Assembly: GCA_051362555.1 (NCBI GenBank)
Contig: CM120640.1
Location: forward strand, 56,832,788 to 56,896,787
Reading direction: 5' to 3'
Length of the DNA stretch: 64,000 nucleotides
From: Lingula anatina
Lineage: Eukaryota; Animalia; Brachiopoda
The notes beneath the pieces were generated by a model. The model was not told where the DNA came from and did no database searches. It was given only the letters and a program-made list of their open reading frames with translations. This document shows, in pieces, positions 28,201 through 38,700 of the stretch. The translations under genes and the position numbers were made by a program. Every line of letters starts with the position of its first letter. The first letter of the stretch is position 1.

Positions 28201-31200
28201 CAGGGAAAGCGGAAGTTCAACACCAGATCCTGAACATAGAATTGATGAGTCCACATCAGAAAGTGAAGGTACATGTAGGTTACATAATTTGGGTTTTCCT
28301 ACCTGTTGTAAGTAGACAGCGATAAGCTACCATATTAAAGGATTATGGATAGAACAAACCTAAGTTTTCAAAGTTAAGGGAAACAGCACTCAATCTATAT
28401 GCTACAGATATGTCTTAATTAATAACCACCCTATGAAAACAATTGATTAGTAGAAAAAAGATCATTTTAAAACACCCACCTCAATATGCAAATATGAAGC
28501 AGCATACCAAGCTCATCCACACAAGCCACAGGGGAGAGGGCCAGCATGTAAAGCTATCAAACTGTCATTATCTACCTGTAAGATGAGTTTCCAAACTCCT
28601 GATAACAGCCCACACCCATTTACTTTTCCTAATTGAGGGGTTTAAACCCTTGTGAAGCCAAGTGAAGCAGTTTCCTGTCTATGCAATTCTTTAACTAGCA
28701 TTATATTACAACTATCTCCACTAGCATAAACTTAGCATTTAATTTTGGCTATCTCTCTACTAGTATAAATAGAGATTCTCAATATATACATTATTATTAT
28801 TATTATTATAATCAAGTTTACAACCTGAGGGTTGGACACATACATTCTTTGCATCATAGTTGAATAAAATTACTAATGAAAAAAAAAAAGAATGTTAAAA
28901 GAAATATGTTAACAAATTAAAAATAACTAAAATGCAAGATGAAATACATGTATAATATCAGTCAATTATGTATAATATCAGTCAATTATCGCACAGGTTA
29001 AAAAGTCACTCATTGATCATTTGGTTTAAATTTTTGGCCTTTTTAATGTCTCTGGTTCCCTTAATGAATATTAGACATTTTGATTTTTGGTTGTAAAAGA
29101 TAATGCAATCTATGATCTGGTTCATTTGATATCCCTATAAACAATTTTTTGCATGCATTAAGCCATCTTTCAGTAGTTCAAGTTTACTATGTTCACAAGC
29201 AGCATCATATTCAAGATCAGGATAAATTATTTTAAGAGCTATTTCTTTAGACTAGACTCTACTTAGGCAGTCAATTAATTTCTTCTTCACCTGAAGTGCC
29301 AGATGACCTGGTAATAAGTTACAAGGTCATCAGCTGTGAGGCCTGCACGCTTCAGGTGTTGTAAAAAATAAATCCTTTTGCTTGCTTGTTTTTTTTTTTG
29401 TAACGCGGCAAAACGGAATTCTCTTGGAAAATAATTTGCAAAACCTTCATAACCTGGCATTGTGAAAATATACTTGAAGTTGAGAACAACATTTATCTTT
29501 AATATGTGTTTTTATGTTAGGGCGTATTCCCAGAGCTTTTAGATCAATCTATCCCCATGGGGAGTCTCACTAGATTACTGTCAGAGAATCCGGTTTAAAT
29601 GTCTGTCCCGCCTACTACAAGCTGTAAGGGGGTAATTAACTTCCGTGCCCGCTCGGCTGACAGCTATTTAGCGTGAACCCCCATGGAGTTAGGTCGATCT
29701 AAAGTAGATCAATCTAATCTCTGGGAATGGGGTCTTAATGTTAAAACATTAGAAACATGTAAACATTAAACAAATGAGTTGTTATTCTAAAAACTTTTGT
29801 TATCATACCATCGTTACGGATATAAAATTGTGCATTCTACCAAAGCACGTTTGGTAAAATGATTGCTTGATTACACAAAAAAATCTGTGACCTTGAAATT
29901 AACCTTTGGCGTACTTTTCACCAGGAACTGAACTTTGTTAATTTTCCTTCCCCTATATCTCCATAACTGGCAGAGATGCGCCCATAGTTACTGTAAAACT
30001 CGAATAGAAAATCATATAATATAGAAAATAATTTATTCAGTTTTTCAAGGCCTCCGGCCCATAGTACATAATAGTAATAATAATAATAGTAAAGTCCACT
30101 AGAAGTATTAAGGATTATTCATTTTTGTCAGTGATCCAAAATATCCAGTTTGCTGCTCCTACATATGTCACTGTGCCATAGTTGGCCAGCATTATCTACT
30201 AATCTTTTTCTGAAAAAGTTAATAAATAAAACAGAATTTCCCACACCCTGAGCCTCCCAGACATATCCAAATCCATATCTGTATAACAGCTTTTTAACAT
30301 CTGTGGCCCAAGTGTGCCTTCCACTTGAATCTAATTTAAATAGCATATCATATACATGAGCAGGATAGTGATCTTCATTCATAATGTGTACAAGCTTTAA
30401 CCAATAACACCTAATAAATATCTACAAAATTTTGCTTGGAAGATTTCAATACTTTCTACTGGTTTATAACCCCACATCTCAGCACCATAGAAAAGAATGG
30501 GTGATATCATTCTATCAAAAAGAAAGAAAGCTTCCTTAAAGGAAATACATGCTTGTTTCTTCAAATATAACTTAACAACAAATAATACTTTATTGGCTTG
30601 GTTGATTTTTTGAGTTTTTCCCCAACCGAGGAAGGCACCAAAATATGTTCCTTAGTAATTATATGCAGGTACTGCTTCTAATTTTTTGCCCTTGAAAAAC
30701 CACCTTTCATTATTCTTTATTTTACTGCCTCTCCTAAATACTACTATTTTTATTTTATGGACATTTACTAGCATACCATACTGGCTGCAATATTTTTCTA
30801 ATTGATGAATTTGTTTCTGTAACCCCCCAACAGTGTCTGAAATGCATACAATGTCATCAGCATAAAGCAAAGACAAGATTTGGAAATACCTCATTTATGT
30901 AAATACCCTGATATCCAGCCTTGTTCAAACTATGATAAAATTCATTTATGAATAATGTAAATAGAAAAGGACTTAACATGCATCCTTGTCGAGTGCCCAT
31001 GTTACATTTAAAATACTCAGCAAGGCCTAAATTTGTCAGAACACATGATTGCAGTTGGGAATACATAGAGCGTAAAAATGTGACGGAATGTCCATTTACA
31101 CGTTTTTTTGCAAGTACATACCATAATAATTTGTGATGAACACTATCGAAAGCAGTTGAGAAATCTATAAAAATACAGTAGCATCTGCCTTTTCTTCGAC

Positions 31201-32406
31201 TTAAGTATTTTTTGTACGCAACCCAGCAATGTAAAAATGTGATCGACAGTGGAGAAACCAATTTTATAGGCGGCCTGAGCTTCAATCGTTGTATTATTTT
31301 CCACTGCCCAATTATTAAATCTGTTACTCATAATTTTCATAAATATTTTTCCCATGACACTCAAAAGCGCAATTCCTCTATAATTTGATGCCACATTTAC
31401 ATTTCCTTTTTTGAGCAATTAAAATCAGATACTGGCAATTTGTGACCTTGAAATTGACCTTTGATTTACTTTCCACCATGAACTGAACTTTGCAAATTTT
31501 CTGCCCCTAATAACTCCCTTTTCCCCATGAACTGCACTTCACAAATTTGGATTTAACCTTTTACTTTTCCCCATGGTTTTGTTATAAATTGTTATTTTCA
31601 ACAAGAAAATTGAGAACTCTTGTTTACTGCATTTTGTAGAGCTTGTCAAGCACAACACTACTGGAGGTGATTCTTTAATTTTTTTTTGTTTTCCACACGG
31701 GTGCCCTTACCCCAGCTGGTGGTACAATACCCGAAGGTGGTATCGTCTATCAGATCCTCTAGTTTATACTTATTTAATGCTGGTAAAAGAATTAATTCAT
31801 CTCAAGTAAGAAAAGTGAATGGATATGGGATCTTACAGGTAGATAATGACAACTCAAGTTTTATTTTACAAGGTGGCTCTTCACCCAGTGGCTTGTATGT
31901 TGTCAGCCAACCACATTACCTCGTAGCTCAACCCCCAGCATTTGTAAGGCTGGATATTTACAAAATTAACTTCCAGAAATCATTAGTTGGGCACATTTGC
32001 TTAAGGGTGTGCTCTGTTCAAGCCATGGTCTGTCCAAAACCCTTTGAATATATACAGTAGTAGTTTTACCATTCAGATTTGTCCACTGGAACATTTTTAA
32101 CCTTTTTAAGTTTCATTTTTTTACCTACAAAAATTAACAAGTGAAGATGTTTGTTTCTATTTAGTGGAGGCCAAAGGGAAAAGTAACCAATCAGTGGACC
32201 CAGAGATGCTTAAACAGCTTCTGAACCCATTGCAAGAGATGCAGCGTCAGAACAATCAGGCATTGGCTAATCTTCATGGGCACCTGCAGCAGGTGGAGAG
32301 AGCATATTTAGATGGCTATGGTGGAGTCTATCTTCAAAGCAGAGACTGGGTCATTCTGGGTGCAATTTTACTGTTTCAGACAATCTTGTACTGGTTCTTC
32401 AAATGA
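5906..32406 (+). CDS. OSBPL8: Oxysterol-binding protein-related protein 8 (ORP5/ORP8 subfamily), spliced gene span
   Basis: GT-AG exons joined in consistent phase: 5906-5945, 7988-8164, 9604-9702, 16106-16182, 17971-18039, 20354-20542, 21578-21700, 21910-21994, 22245-22448, 22843-23021, 23510-23587, 23801-23913, 24106-24187, 24426-24524, 24747-24843, 25094-25192, 25449-25546, 26921-27046, 27250-27350, 27582-27767, 27991-28268, 32165-32406. The translation contains [23 protein letters not shown], the PH domain ([23 protein letters not shown]...[16 protein letters not shown]), the ORD ([44 protein letters not shown]) and a C-terminal TM helix. Exons upstream of 17971 rest on splice sites and phase only; the start codon is not fixed. 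Confidence 0.93.
7788..7924. repeat. Long hairpin (foldback/MITE-like)
   Basis: 54-bp perfect inverted arms (agacttgtgaag...cttacca / tggtaag...cacaagtct) plus 6 more bp after one mismatch; 15-nt loop. Confidence 0.9.
7988..8164 (+). CDS. OSBPL8: OSBPL8-like N-terminal acidic/Ser-rich exon ([13 protein letters not shown]...SPVLS)
   Basis: ttttcag acceptor, GT donor, open frame, phase 1-1. Confidence 0.7.
9604..9702 (+). CDS. OSBPL8: OSBPL8-like Ser-rich exon ([16 protein letters not shown]...SPTI)
   Basis: Long pyrimidine tract + CAG, GTAAGT donor, phase 1-1. Confidence 0.7.
10260..10278 (+). promoter_or_regulatory. Candidate CTCF-binding motif
   Basis: TTGCCGCTAGGTGGCAGCA closely fits the CTCF core CCRSYAGRKGGCRS. 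Motif match only. Confidence 0.35.
13008..13505 (+). mobile_element. HINE family 1 5' fragment
   Basis: Clearly similar to 33813-34290 and to the reverse complement of 46270-46674 (ctcctagac, cccatctc, ttgacctttga). Confidence 0.75.
15180..15276 (+). CDS. OSBPL8: Candidate alternative first coding exon ([32 protein letters not shown])
   Basis: atcATGG start, GC-richer open frame, CAG|GTGAGC donor in phase 1, compatible with the exon at 16106. Confidence 0.55.
16106..16182 (+). CDS. OSBPL8: OSBPL8-like exon ([26 protein letters not shown])
   Basis: CAGCAG (NAGNAG) acceptor, AAG|GTAAGT donor. Converts phase 1 to phase 0 as needed for 17971. Confidence 0.65.
16211..16241. repeat. (CA)n microsatellite
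   Basis: Uninterrupted AC run. Confidence 0.95.
17971..18039 (+). CDS. OSBPL8: OSBPL8 exon ending ...SRESLK
   Basis: ttgcag acceptor, GTAGGT donor. ESLK precedes the conserved VQKKNYR as in ORP8. Confidence 0.85.
18370..19000 (-). mobile_element. Highly degenerate L2/Crack-like LINE RT remnant
   Basis: The minus strand at about 18510-18670 reads like [11 protein letters not shown]...HPGLTK...[12 protein letters not shown]...ALQK, with stops and frameshifts, typical of the CR1/L2 RT C-terminus. Boundaries approximate. Confidence 0.55.
19134..19372. mobile_element. TIR MITE with TA flanks (Tc1/mariner-like)
   Basis: TA|CACACACTGGACAACAGAAGTGTCACC ... GGTGACACTTCTATTGTCCAGTGTGTG|TA. Confidence 0.75.
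20354..22448 (+). CDS. OSBPL8: OSBPL8 polybasic + PH-domain exons (20354-20542, 21578-21700, 21910-21994, 22245-22448)
   Basis: [18 protein letters not shown]...WVGTILLN...[15 protein letters not shown]...[16 protein letters not shown] matches the ORP5/8 PH domain. Confidence 0.95.
21098..21373. mobile_element. hAT-like MITE with long TIRs and 5-bp TSD (TTCCT)
   Basis: About 90-bp imperfect TIRs CA(A/G)GCCTACCCAACTACCA... Same family as 40455-40771. Confidence 0.8.
22843..28268 (+). CDS. OSBPL8: OSBPL8 acidic linker and ORD lipid-binding-domain exons
   Basis: Twelve in-phase exons, including [66 protein letters not shown] and RPWDP. Confidence 0.95.
23210..23300. repeat. Perfect CpG-rich palindrome, 44-bp arms, GCA loop
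   Basis: gtcgccgagctgtacgtgaaatattacgagtgtattgtctcgcc-GCA-exact reverse complement. Confidence 0.95.
25678..26831. mobile_element. Non-autonomous TIR transposon with TGT...ACA ends and TATA flanks (Ginger-like)
   Basis: TATA|TGTCACAGGCAAGATTGAAAT ... ATTTCAATCTTGTCTGTGACA|TATA. The superfamily is inferred from the termini and the 4-bp TSD. Confidence 0.65.
28990..29395 (-). mobile_element. L2/Crack-like LINE 3' fragment
   Basis: The minus strand reads [28 protein letters not shown] ... [26 protein letters not shown], a typical RT C-terminal region, with disablements. Confidence 0.7.
29520..29734. mobile_element. PIF/Harbinger (Tourist-like) MITE with TTA TSD
   Basis: TTA|GGGCGTATTCCCAGAG ... 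CTCTGGGAATGGGGTC|TTA. Inverted near-identical copy at 58359-58573. Confidence 0.8.
29870..31764 (+). mobile_element. HINE family 1 copy interrupted by a LINE
   Basis: Reverse-complement 146-bp unit pieces at about 29886-30018 and 31421-31510. The family-1 3' terminus (gctggtggtacaata...gatcctctagtt) ends at 31764. Confidence 0.7.
30019..31420 (-). mobile_element. 5'-truncated, frameshifted non-LTR retrotransposon (RTEX-like reverse transcriptase)
   Basis: ORF pieces with [41 protein letters not shown] and [14 protein letters not shown]. 11-bp TSD aaaatcatata (30008-30018) / aaaatcagata (31421-31431). Confidence 0.9.
32165..32406 (+). CDS. OSBPL8: OSBPL8 terminal exon with coiled segment and C-terminal TM anchor ([22 protein letters not shown])
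   Basis: tttag acceptor in phase 1 joins 28268; hydrophobic tail before TGA as in ORP5/8. Confidence 0.9.
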
Positions 32407-32990
32407 AGATTTGATGCATCAACCCACAAACTATGGTGCTATATTCCAGCAATTTTTACACAGTTTTCACAAAAAATTGAAGCAAAAGAAAACCTGATCA
32501 GACCTGTAGCCAGCAAATTTTAAGGGATGGTTCTTTTTATCTGATAAAGGCCACCTTTCCACCACTTTACTTGAACTAATGTGAGAAATGGCAGAGAACC
32601 TAGATCGAATGGTGACTTTTTTTGGTAGAAAGGGTAGCTATTTTTCTAACTTGCCCAACTACAGGTCCTCCGGGGCAGCATTGCAATAAACTGTCAGTTT
32701 TTAAGGCAGCAGCCATCTCACAGCAAAACTTACATTGGTATAAATACGTAAAAAGATGTCTTTGAGTTCTAAACAAAGGGAAGCTGGTATTCTGCCTATC
32801 ATTATGTATATCAAAATTTCTGTCTTCTGAAGCAAAACTAGTTGCTTGTTAGAGTTTAGTACATTTTGTAGGAAATGGATAAATAACTGTAAATTGTACT
32901 GTCAAAGTTGCACAATCCACAAAGATATTTAAAAAATAAAAACGACAAAGGGCATGGTTATGATTTTAAAGCCAAGGATAAGTGTTAGGA

Positions 32991-33390
32991 CAATAATAAT
33001 AATAATAAGATTCTTATATGGCGCCTTACAATAATGGCTAATATACTAAAATCATTAAAATGACTACAATATTTTAATCATAAACTCTCATTGGAAACCA
33101 TTTAAAATTTACACTACTAAAAATCAATCTTATTAAAATACATATATATATTTTTTAAAAAATCTATGAGATATAGACAGAATTAAAATGTGGGTCTTTA
33201 AAAGAGATTTAAAATGGTCAAAGTCTTCAGTTTTTCTAATAAAATTTGGTAGGGCATTCCACACTTTTGGGGTGTAAATTATAAAAGCACGATCTCCATA
33301 ACTTTTGAGGCACCCCTTCTCTAAAACAGAATGTTCTAAAATAGGAGCACGACTTTTCTTTATAGGTACGTAAGGTTCTTGTGGCACAGG
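32991..33390 (-). mobile_element. L2-like LINE 3' end
   Basis: GDRAFIIYTPKVWNALPNFIRK...FKSLLKTH motif followed by aaggcgccatataag and a (TTA)n tail. Confidence 0.8.
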
Positions 33391-33812
33391 TTGCCTACTG
33401 AAAGATTTTTTTCTGCTGTGATCAAGTTACAAAGAGCAGCTGAACTTGTCTCTTGAGAACCTCTTCGATTTGGCTAAATGTACAAAATTGGGCACCCATT
33501 ACTATTATTTATATCCACTATTTTATGCTACTGGTATGTAAGACTTGCCTTACAGATTAACATTCTTTCAGATACTCAAAAGGCACAGCAAACACTTCAT
33601 GATTTAAATAAATTGAATTAGAAATTCTTCCAGAATTGAATAAGTTTCTTTTGTGTAAAAATGTAGCACTGATAATCAAGTATTAAATTTCTAAGAACAT
33701 AAGAGACTAAAATCTGGCAACCTCTTTAGAGGACAAAAGAAATTTTTCATTATTTTGTCAGGACTTAATGAATGCTTGATAGGAAATGCATGGTGCACTG
33801 GACTGGTTCCTA

Positions 33813-35049
33813 ATTAGTACCACCAGTGTGTACGCTGGCGGTACTCATGGTTTTAGTGCCGGCCCGTCTCATACAGCTCCGCCAAACAAGTCACCCTTAC
33901 CCTTTCTCCTCCTAGACGGTAAGGACCTGTGTCCCCATCTCTGGGATTTAGGTAACATAACAACTTGAACCCTGTTTTTTTTTGTTTTTTTTTTGTCTCA
34001 GTCGGTGCTTTGGCCTGGGCATGACACTCGTTGAAATACACCCTTGTCAAAAATTTTGAAAATTCAATGCTAAATATCTCCCAAAGCGAAGGAATTATGG
34101 GAAAATTACTACAGACGGTTGACCGACATGTGAAGATTCCAATTATGCCCTTGGATTTGACCTTTATTTCACGGTCAAACAGGCCAAAATTTTCTAAAAA
34201 TTGGAATTTTCTGCCAAAAAATATTTGTTTGGGCCAATTTTCAGAAACTACACGACCTTTAAGCTCTCATATTAAATGTAGTGAGGGGTTACAATTAGGT
34301 AGTCCTTTCATATTTGTGAGTTAAAGGTCAATCAGTGCATTTTCAAGAGAGAAGCAGCCATTAGATGCCAAAACTGAAATCTCTCTTTAATTATGGAACC
34401 GTAAATGATAGAGACCTCTAATTTGTTATACTTTGTAGAGCATGTCAAGCGCAACACTGGAAGTGTTGGCAATATGTACAGACACATCTGTGTCTGTACA
34501 TAAAAACTGATGGTCTTTCTGCTGTTAAGCATTATGTAATGTTGCATCAAAATAGGAGAAAACACAATTTTTGGTGCTGCTGCCATGATGACCATCATGG
34601 GAAAACCATGTTACTTATGATTGTCAAACTTTCAAAAAACACAGGACTAAAATGCAGCTCAAGTTGGAAAAGCAGTCTAATTGGCTTTTTTTCTGGAAGT
34701 TATACATTTTAGTGAAATATTTACTTTTATCATGTTGGCATATTCATTGTGGGACTCGAAGCTCCCATGGACATGAAGCCAAATGGTAATCAAATTTTCA
34801 ACAAGCTTCACGCCCAGGCGAATGCACCGACTGAGACAAAAAACCAGGGGTTCAAGTTGAGATTATATGTGATCTATATCCAAGAGATGGGGACACAGTA
34901 CTTGCGGTCTAGGAGGAGAAGCGGAAATGGTGCCTTGTCTCCAGCAACAGAATGCGGAGCCAGCAGAGCCGCTGGAGATGTCGGAGCTGCATGAGACTGG
35001 TCAGGACTAAAACCACGAGTACAGCCAGCACACACGCTGGTGGTACTAA
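33813..35049. mobile_element. Mosaic of two inverted HINE family 1 5' ends around a HINE family 2 segment
   Basis: 33813-34470 family 1 (+). Family-2 palindrome at about 34472-34502. 34503-34800 is the reverse complement of 48470-48775. 34800-35049 family 1 (-). Confidence 0.75.
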
Positions 35050-35644
35050 GGTTTTTTTCACAAGCAAAACACTTATGGAAGCATCAAAATGGATTTTATC
35101 CATACCAGTACTTGTGGCCACCACTTTCAAATTTAGTTTCCCCTTCAGCTTGTCCATTTATCTTTCCTTATTAATTTGAACTACCATTCAACATTCACAA
35201 AATACTTCATATGTATGAAATTTGTTTACTGTGAAATGTTTTTTCCATCGGACAAAAACATCCAAAAATTTTATTATGCATAAATTCTCTTTATTGTCAA
35301 GTACAACACTAATGAAAAAATTAGAAGTAAACAAACATTATAAACAAAAGACATTTTTTCATTTTTATTTGATCTAGGCATTAAAATACTGAGGATCCTC
35401 AATAATAGCTAAGGACCAAACAAGAATTGTGACAGAAAGGTAGTCCTTTGTACATTTGTTTTTTAATTTTTTTAATTTTTTATAATCGGTATCGAAGATC
35501 CCAATGTCACCTCGTGAAGTTTGTGAAGGAAGGAAATTACAGTTTGTGTTAAAAACATTTCTCTCAGCCTATTTCATTTGAATATTCATAAGCCATGATT
35601 GAATGGTTGAAAAGATGTCATGCTACCGAGTGTCCACACCTCTA

Positions 35645-35730
35645 TCAATTTTCTTCTTCCTCCTCCTCAGAAAACTCTTCCGATCTTGTTGCTTGATCCC
35701 TTAAACCTGTCCACATAGGAACCATCCTAT
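35645..35730 (-). CDS. SSB-like terminal exon with acidic tail (...SEEFSEEEEEEN*)
   Basis: tttcag acceptor, phase 1, TGA stop. AATAAA hexamers lie downstream on the - strand at about 35270-35370. Confidence 0.7.
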
Positions 35731-38700
35731 CTGAAATTGGAAGGCATTTTAAAAAATAATGATTCAAAAGACCTGTCACTGAAAATCAATTCCTCTTTAA
35801 GGTCTACATCTTCAGAAAAAATAAAGCTGAAGTACATTGACAAAAATCAACATACATTTATAGAAAATAAAGTTAACCCCTTAGGGACCATATACATTTG
35901 TAGTGTTGACCTAGAAACCTCCCCTGAGCCCAATTATGTGCACAGGCAACTTGAAAAGCAGGGATAACCTAAAAGGCCATTCAGAATGAGAAGAGCTGAG
36001 TGCTAGCTAGGCCATGACCTAAATATGGCAAACCTACATTAAAGGAAGACCGTTTAATCCGGTAATGGTCTCTCCGCCTCTCAAATGCCTCCCCACGCGT
36101 CATCCCTGCAGAGGAACAGTAATTAAATCTAGGCTCAATTCAACCAGTCGAGGGACGACGCATGAAAATTTTATTTCTTATTTAAAAGCTGAAGAGAATA
36201 ATAATAAAACAAGGCAGCAAAGCTGTCAAATGTACAGACAAAAAGCAGAAAATAACAATGCACAAAATAGGCTACTGTCAATTCTGATGCAAAAGTACAT
36301 TATGCTTAACTGCAAATTCAACATCAAATTTTAATTATGCTCAACAGGTAATACCAATGTGAGTAAAATGTGTAACAAGCATAAGGCTTCAGGCCCATGG
36401 GAGTTCAAGTTCACACTTTGAAAATGCCAGAATGAGAAAAATGAAAATTTCACACAAAACTACATAAATTCAATAATAAATGATAACCCAATTGAGCTGG
36501 CTTTCTAATTTGAACTGCATGGCAATCCTAAAAATCATACTTGTAAGTTGAAAATAATAATAAGTAACACAGTTTTCTTTTCATAATGTTTGTGTTAGCC
36601 GTGCAAAAAGATTTTTGTCAATTTTGATGTAACATTACATAATAAATTACAGAATAATTATCACCAATTTTTGATTATTGACTATAAATAGCATGGACAT
36701 GTAGAAAATTTGATTACCACTCGGGTTCATGTCCATGGGAGCTCTGAGTCCCAAATTGATATCAATGAAAAAACACTTACTGTAAAAAAAAAAAAAAAAA
36801 AAAAAAGTCATCCACCCTCCAGGGACAGCCCAACCCTAATGCTTCCATAAATTATGACTGGCCCATCCATATCCCTGATGATAGGGCTATCAATATCAAA
36901 ATTTTTAACTTCCTTGCTATAACTTGTACAATGTGCAAAGGCATTAGAGCAAAAATCATCTGCCCCAGGACGGCCCAACCCCAAGGGACACTTAATTTTG
37001 TGAAATGCCCATGTACATGTGTTGTGTTGATATGTCTGCCAATACCTTAAATTTGAAGTTCCTCATCTTAACAATCTAGAATGATTGAGCAGAAATCACA
37101 CTGTGGAAAAAATTATCATCAACCCCCCCCCCCCCCCCCCCCCCCAGTTGGACTTTTATGCTTAGGTGTCCATGCACATCCCTGATCATGGGTACATCAA
37201 TTTGAACTGCCTAACTGATAGGCGTAAGGAGAAATTAATATGTGAAAAAAATCAAGTATTAACCATCCCCCATGAACAACCCAACCCCTAGGCACACTAA
37301 AATTTTGAAGTGCCCATGATGACAGGTCCAAGTTTTAACTTCTTATCTCTATTGGTCTGGGGGGGGGAGGGGGGGGGAGCAGAAATTACAATGTAAGAAG
37401 AATGAAGAATCAACCTCCTGTTGCACTACAATTTTAAAGTACTTATACCCTGATGATAGGTCTATCAATCCAGACTTCACTAAAGGCAAAAAAAATCTGT
37501 CAGACATTCAGTCTGACAAACTTGAAAATTTTGTCAGACCAAAAGAAAATTTGTCAGACGGAAGTAAAATTATAAAAATATGTCAAATTATTTGTTTTCA
37601 GGTGTATTTTTCATCATTTTCAAGCATCAACAATAAATCTTATATAAAATGTTTTCTATATTATTTATATATTTCATACACTTTGTAAAAAAATTTAACT
37701 GAAAGAAAAAACATTAGAAAAATAATTGTTTGCATAATAAGTTTTTTAATACTTAATAAAAAGGGCATTGTAGAATGACACAAGGACTAAAAACAATACA
37801 AGTATGAAGAACGTGTAACCAGTATTATCAAATGTATGTCCAAAAAAACTTTGGTTAATCAGCAAACTATGTAACCTGTTGCTTTTGGCAATAACATGTG
37901 CATTGCGAAACAGCAAAGTAAGGCAGTCTCTTTCATCCAATTGAAGCTTTGACAGAGACTGTCCAGTCCAAGACTGAATTCTATCCTCATATTATTTCAT
38001 TTTGATAAAAAAGAAACTCAAGCTGTGAGCCTTCATCAAATTCATGTGCACTTTTGCCAACTTGAGGTCGTGAACAGTACGTGTAGAAACAGATGTTCAA
38101 AAATTTTCAGAACTCGTAACAAAGCAAAATGATTTATGTTGCTGTTGATCATAACGATAACTTTAGTACTCCTGACATTCATTGCATAACTTTTTCCTCT
38201 CTCCTGGATTTAGTTAGCCAAAGCCTACCTTCTATCCAATTTTACTTTACTTTCAGTCAATCTGTTTCTCTTCCTCACTTCATTTTCATTTTTGCCACGC
38301 TCTGCACCGACCAAATATTTCAAGTTCAACAATGTCATTTTTTCTAAACAGAAGGCTCGGCCATGAGTTCTACGCACAACTGATAATGAAGAAACAGAGC
38401 ACAGGGAGGGAAATAGGCAGTCGCCAGTCGCCAAATGCGACCGCTAAAACAAATTGGCGAGTGCCAATCTCAGTAACTGGTCCAAACGAGCGACTGCTCT
38501 ACAAGCAGCGGCAACATGAGGAATATACGCGGTTTTTACTTGTACTTAGATATTTTTCCTTTTTTTTTAAAATCTGCTCCCAATTTTGTCTGCATCGAAG
38601 ACTACGCGAGTTTCAGATGTGTTGACCTATTTTAATGACGCTTCCGAACACGTCAGACGTTATTTGCATGCGACTCTTGCATCAGACTGTCAATTTTGAC

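Noticed and set aside
32406-35645. Functional link between ORP8 (membrane contact sites) and mtSSB from adjacency
   Set aside because: Convergent neighbours in an animal genome do not imply shared function, and nothing in the sequence supports it.
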